DNA from: an uncultured Thermoplasmatales archaeon
GTDB lineage: Archaea; Thermoplasmatota; E2; DHVEG-1
DNA length: 45,002 bases
NCBI GenBank assembly: GCA_964628575.1
Contig: CAZVNH010000002.1
Location: forward strand, 1-45,002
Direction: 5' to 3'
Positions 43,504 through 45,002 of the stretch are shown here, in pieces (within the stretch, counting starts at the first letter, position 1; each line of letters begins with the position of its first letter). The notes beneath the pieces were generated by a model. That model had not been told where the DNA came from. It saw only the letters and a program-made list of their open reading frames with translations, and made no database searches. A program made the position numbers and the translations under genes.

Positions 43504-43698
43504 ATGGCAAAAAAGTGGATACAAAAAGCGATTAAACATCCAGGAGCTTTAAGGAGACAACTTAAAACTAAAAAGGGAAAGAATATTTCTTATGGTCAAT
43601 TAATGGAAGCTGCTAAGAAAAAAGGAACTTTAGGGTATAGAGCAAGATTGGCTAAAACTTTAAGAAAATTAAGTAAAAGAAAAAAGAAAGGTAAATAA
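43504..43698 (+). CDS. Very basic small protein (64 aa)
   Basis: IKHPGALRRQLK...RARLAKTLRKLSKRKKKGK. Confidence 0.5.
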   Translation: MAKKWIQKAIKHPGALRRQLKTKKGKNISYGQLMEAAKKKGTLGYRARLAKTLRKLSKRKKKGK

Positions 43699-43910
43699 TG
43701 CCAGCAAAATCACAAGTTCAACAGCAAGCAGCAGGGATTGCTTTATCTGCTAAAAGAAAAGGGAAATGTTCTGATTTACCTGAAGGTTCTGCTTCGAGAG
43801 AAATGTGTGAAAGTATGTCTCTTGAAGAGCTTGAAAAGTATGCTGGAACTAAACATTCTAAACTTAAAAAAAGAAAAAGAACAAAGAAGTTATATCGAAG
43901 AAAGAGATAA
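43698..43910 (+). CDS. DUF3008-like basic protein (70 aa)
   Basis: SQVQQQAAGIALSAKRKG......GSASREMCESMSLEELEKYA resembles the DUF3008 pattern. Confidence 0.5.
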   Translation: MPAKSQVQQQAAGIALSAKRKGKCSDLPEGSASREMCESMSLEELEKYAGTKHSKLKKRKRTKKLYRRKR

Positions 43911-43937
43911 AAAGATTGGAAATTTCGGAGCTTAGTT

Positions 43938-44123
43938 ATGTCAAAGAAATACTCTGAACTGATAAAAGAAATAAAAATTGATACATCAGACTTGGATAAA
44001 AAAGCTGAACAATTAATAAAATCTGGAATAAGCCCAAAAAAAGTGATGGCATGGAAAAGAAGTATTATTAATAGAAGAAAACTTGTCATATTAGAAGAGA
44101 GGCTTAAAAAAGAAAAAGAATAA
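43938..44123 (+). CDS. Hypothetical protein (61 aa)
   Basis: ORF with ATAATG coupling to the next gene. Confidence 0.45.
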   Translation: MSKKYSELIKEIKIDTSDLDKKAEQLIKSGISPKKVMAWKRSIINRRKLVILEERLKKEKE

Positions 44124-44638
44124 TGGATTTAAATAATAGTAAATTGTGGAAAAAACTCATTTCTTTAAGAAAAAGTAGATTAAATGAGATTGGTTGTAAG
44201 GTTTGGTTTGTGGAGACTGTTCCAATAAAAGGAGCAGATGGAATTTGTAGTGAAGATAAAATTATTTATATTGATAAAAATTGCTCTTTGATAGACCAAT
44301 ATGCTTTAATTATCCATGAAGGACAGCATTTAAAATGTTTGATAGATAAGTGTTTTTGCTGGAACAGAAAATCTGATTTTTTTACAGAATATCATGCTAC
44401 TAAATCAGAATTTATAGAACTGTTTGATTTAATTTCAATTATTAAAATACTTATTATTGCAAATAGATATGCAAAGAAATATTACAAAAATAAATGGATT
44501 GCTCATTTAAAAGCTTTAAGAAAAGTTTTAAAATTTAAAAGATTTAAAGATGCTGCAAAGACCAATTTTGAGTTAAGAAGATATAATAGTTTGTTAAGGA
44601 AATTAAATTTATATATTGATAAATTATCAAAGAATTGA
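44123..44638 (+). CDS. Putative HExxH zinc metallopeptidase-like protein (171 aa)
   Basis: KIIYIDKN...LIIHEGQHL: a HExxH motif preceded by a beta-strand, as in SprT/ImmA-type peptidases. Confidence 0.4.
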   Translation: MDLNNSKLWKKLISLRKSRLNEIGCKVWFVETVPIKGADGICSEDKIIYIDKNCSLIDQYALIIHEGQHLKCLIDKCFCWNRKSDFFTEYHATKSEFIELFDLISIIKILIIANRYAKKYYKNKWIAHLKALRKVLKFKRFKDAAKTNFELRRYNSLLRKLNLYIDKLSKN

Positions 44639-44639
44639 A

Positions 44640-45002
44640 ATGAAAAAGTGGATATTAGGAATTTTGTTTTGTTTTTTGTTTTTGTTTGCTATTTTTTATG
44701 GATACCTTTCTAATTGTATAGAGCAAAGTAAAAAATATAATATTCTAATTGAAGCAAAAGTAGAAAATATTTTTGGTGAAAATTATATAATTGGGAGCGG
44801 AGTTGTAATTGGTAATGATGGTTTGATTGTAACAGCTAAACATTGTGTTAAAAATGTTTATGATTTAAGAATAACTTTATATAATGGTCAAGTTTTTTAT
44901 GAGGATGATTTTGATTATATTTATTTAGATTATAATTCAGATATTGCTATAATAAAACTTAAAACTAATACACCAGATTTTGCGAAATTTGGAGATTCAA
45001 AT
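44640..45002 (+). CDS. Trypsin-like serine protease, N-terminal part (continues at base 56 after circular closure)
   Basis: N-terminal hydrophobic anchor MKKWILGILFCFLFLFAIFYGY. The catalytic His is in IVTAKHCV and the catalytic Asp in NSDIAIIKL. Confidence 0.8.
   Translation, partial: MKKWILGILFCFLFLFAIFYGYLSNCIEQSKKYNILIEAKVENIFGENYIIGSGVVIGNDGLIVTAKHCVKNVYDLRITLYNGQVFYEDDFDYIYLDYNSDIAIIKLKTNTPDFAKFGDSN
44948..45002. repeat. Second copy of the 55-bp contig-end overlap
   Basis: Identical to bases 1-55. Confidence 0.9.

Noticed and set aside
44948-45002. The 55-bp terminal identity as a genuine direct terminal repeat or cos-type end.
   Set aside because: A protease gene is only complete when the overlap is collapsed. 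An exact short overlap at both contig ends is the usual signature of a circularised assembly.

Overview
The window is a complete, circularly closed genome of an AT-rich tailed dsDNA phage. Bases 1-55 are identical to 44948-45002, so the unique length is about 44,947 bp, and a trypsin-like protease gene reads in frame across the junction. I saw no integrase or repressor, so it is probably lytic. Shine-Dalgarno sites are strong and four promoters match the sigma-70 consensus with a TGn extension, which points to a low-GC bacterial host.

Layout:
- A rightward unit starts at two consensus promoters (37423, 37863). It runs through small zinc-ribbon genes, TerS, TerL, portal, proteases, scaffold, capsid, tail, fibre and a 1187-aa internal protein to a terminator near 19000.
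- A leftward early/replication unit runs from about 36500 down to 19049. It encodes an amidoligase + class-II glutamine amidotransferase pair, a Cas4-like nuclease, SSB, a DnaB-like helicase, a Toprim primase, nucleotide-metabolism genes, DEDD exonucleases, an MT-A70 methylase and a family-A DNA polymerase.
- Three paralogous EndoVII-type HNH endonucleases are scattered through the genome.

Most notable observations:
1. A GC-enriched, multi-helix, ORF-free RNA of about 190 nt lies directly behind a perfect promoter at the head of the late operon.
2. A 0.9-kb ORF-free control region carries repeats, a palindrome and orientation-specific terminators.
3. The early amidoligase and GATase both carry zinc-ribbon arrays, and no substrate is known for this pairing.
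4. The DNA polymerase is split into two genes by three tiny coupled ORFs.
5. TerL lies in two frames that overlap at an A5 run.
6. Several early genes carry point lesions: an in-frame amber codon, a lost ATG and a 1-nt frameshift.
7. One gene is a clear high-GC compositional outlier.

I found no tRNA, CRISPR array, reverse transcriptase or recognisable endolysin. All family assignments are motif recognition by eye, because no searches could be run.
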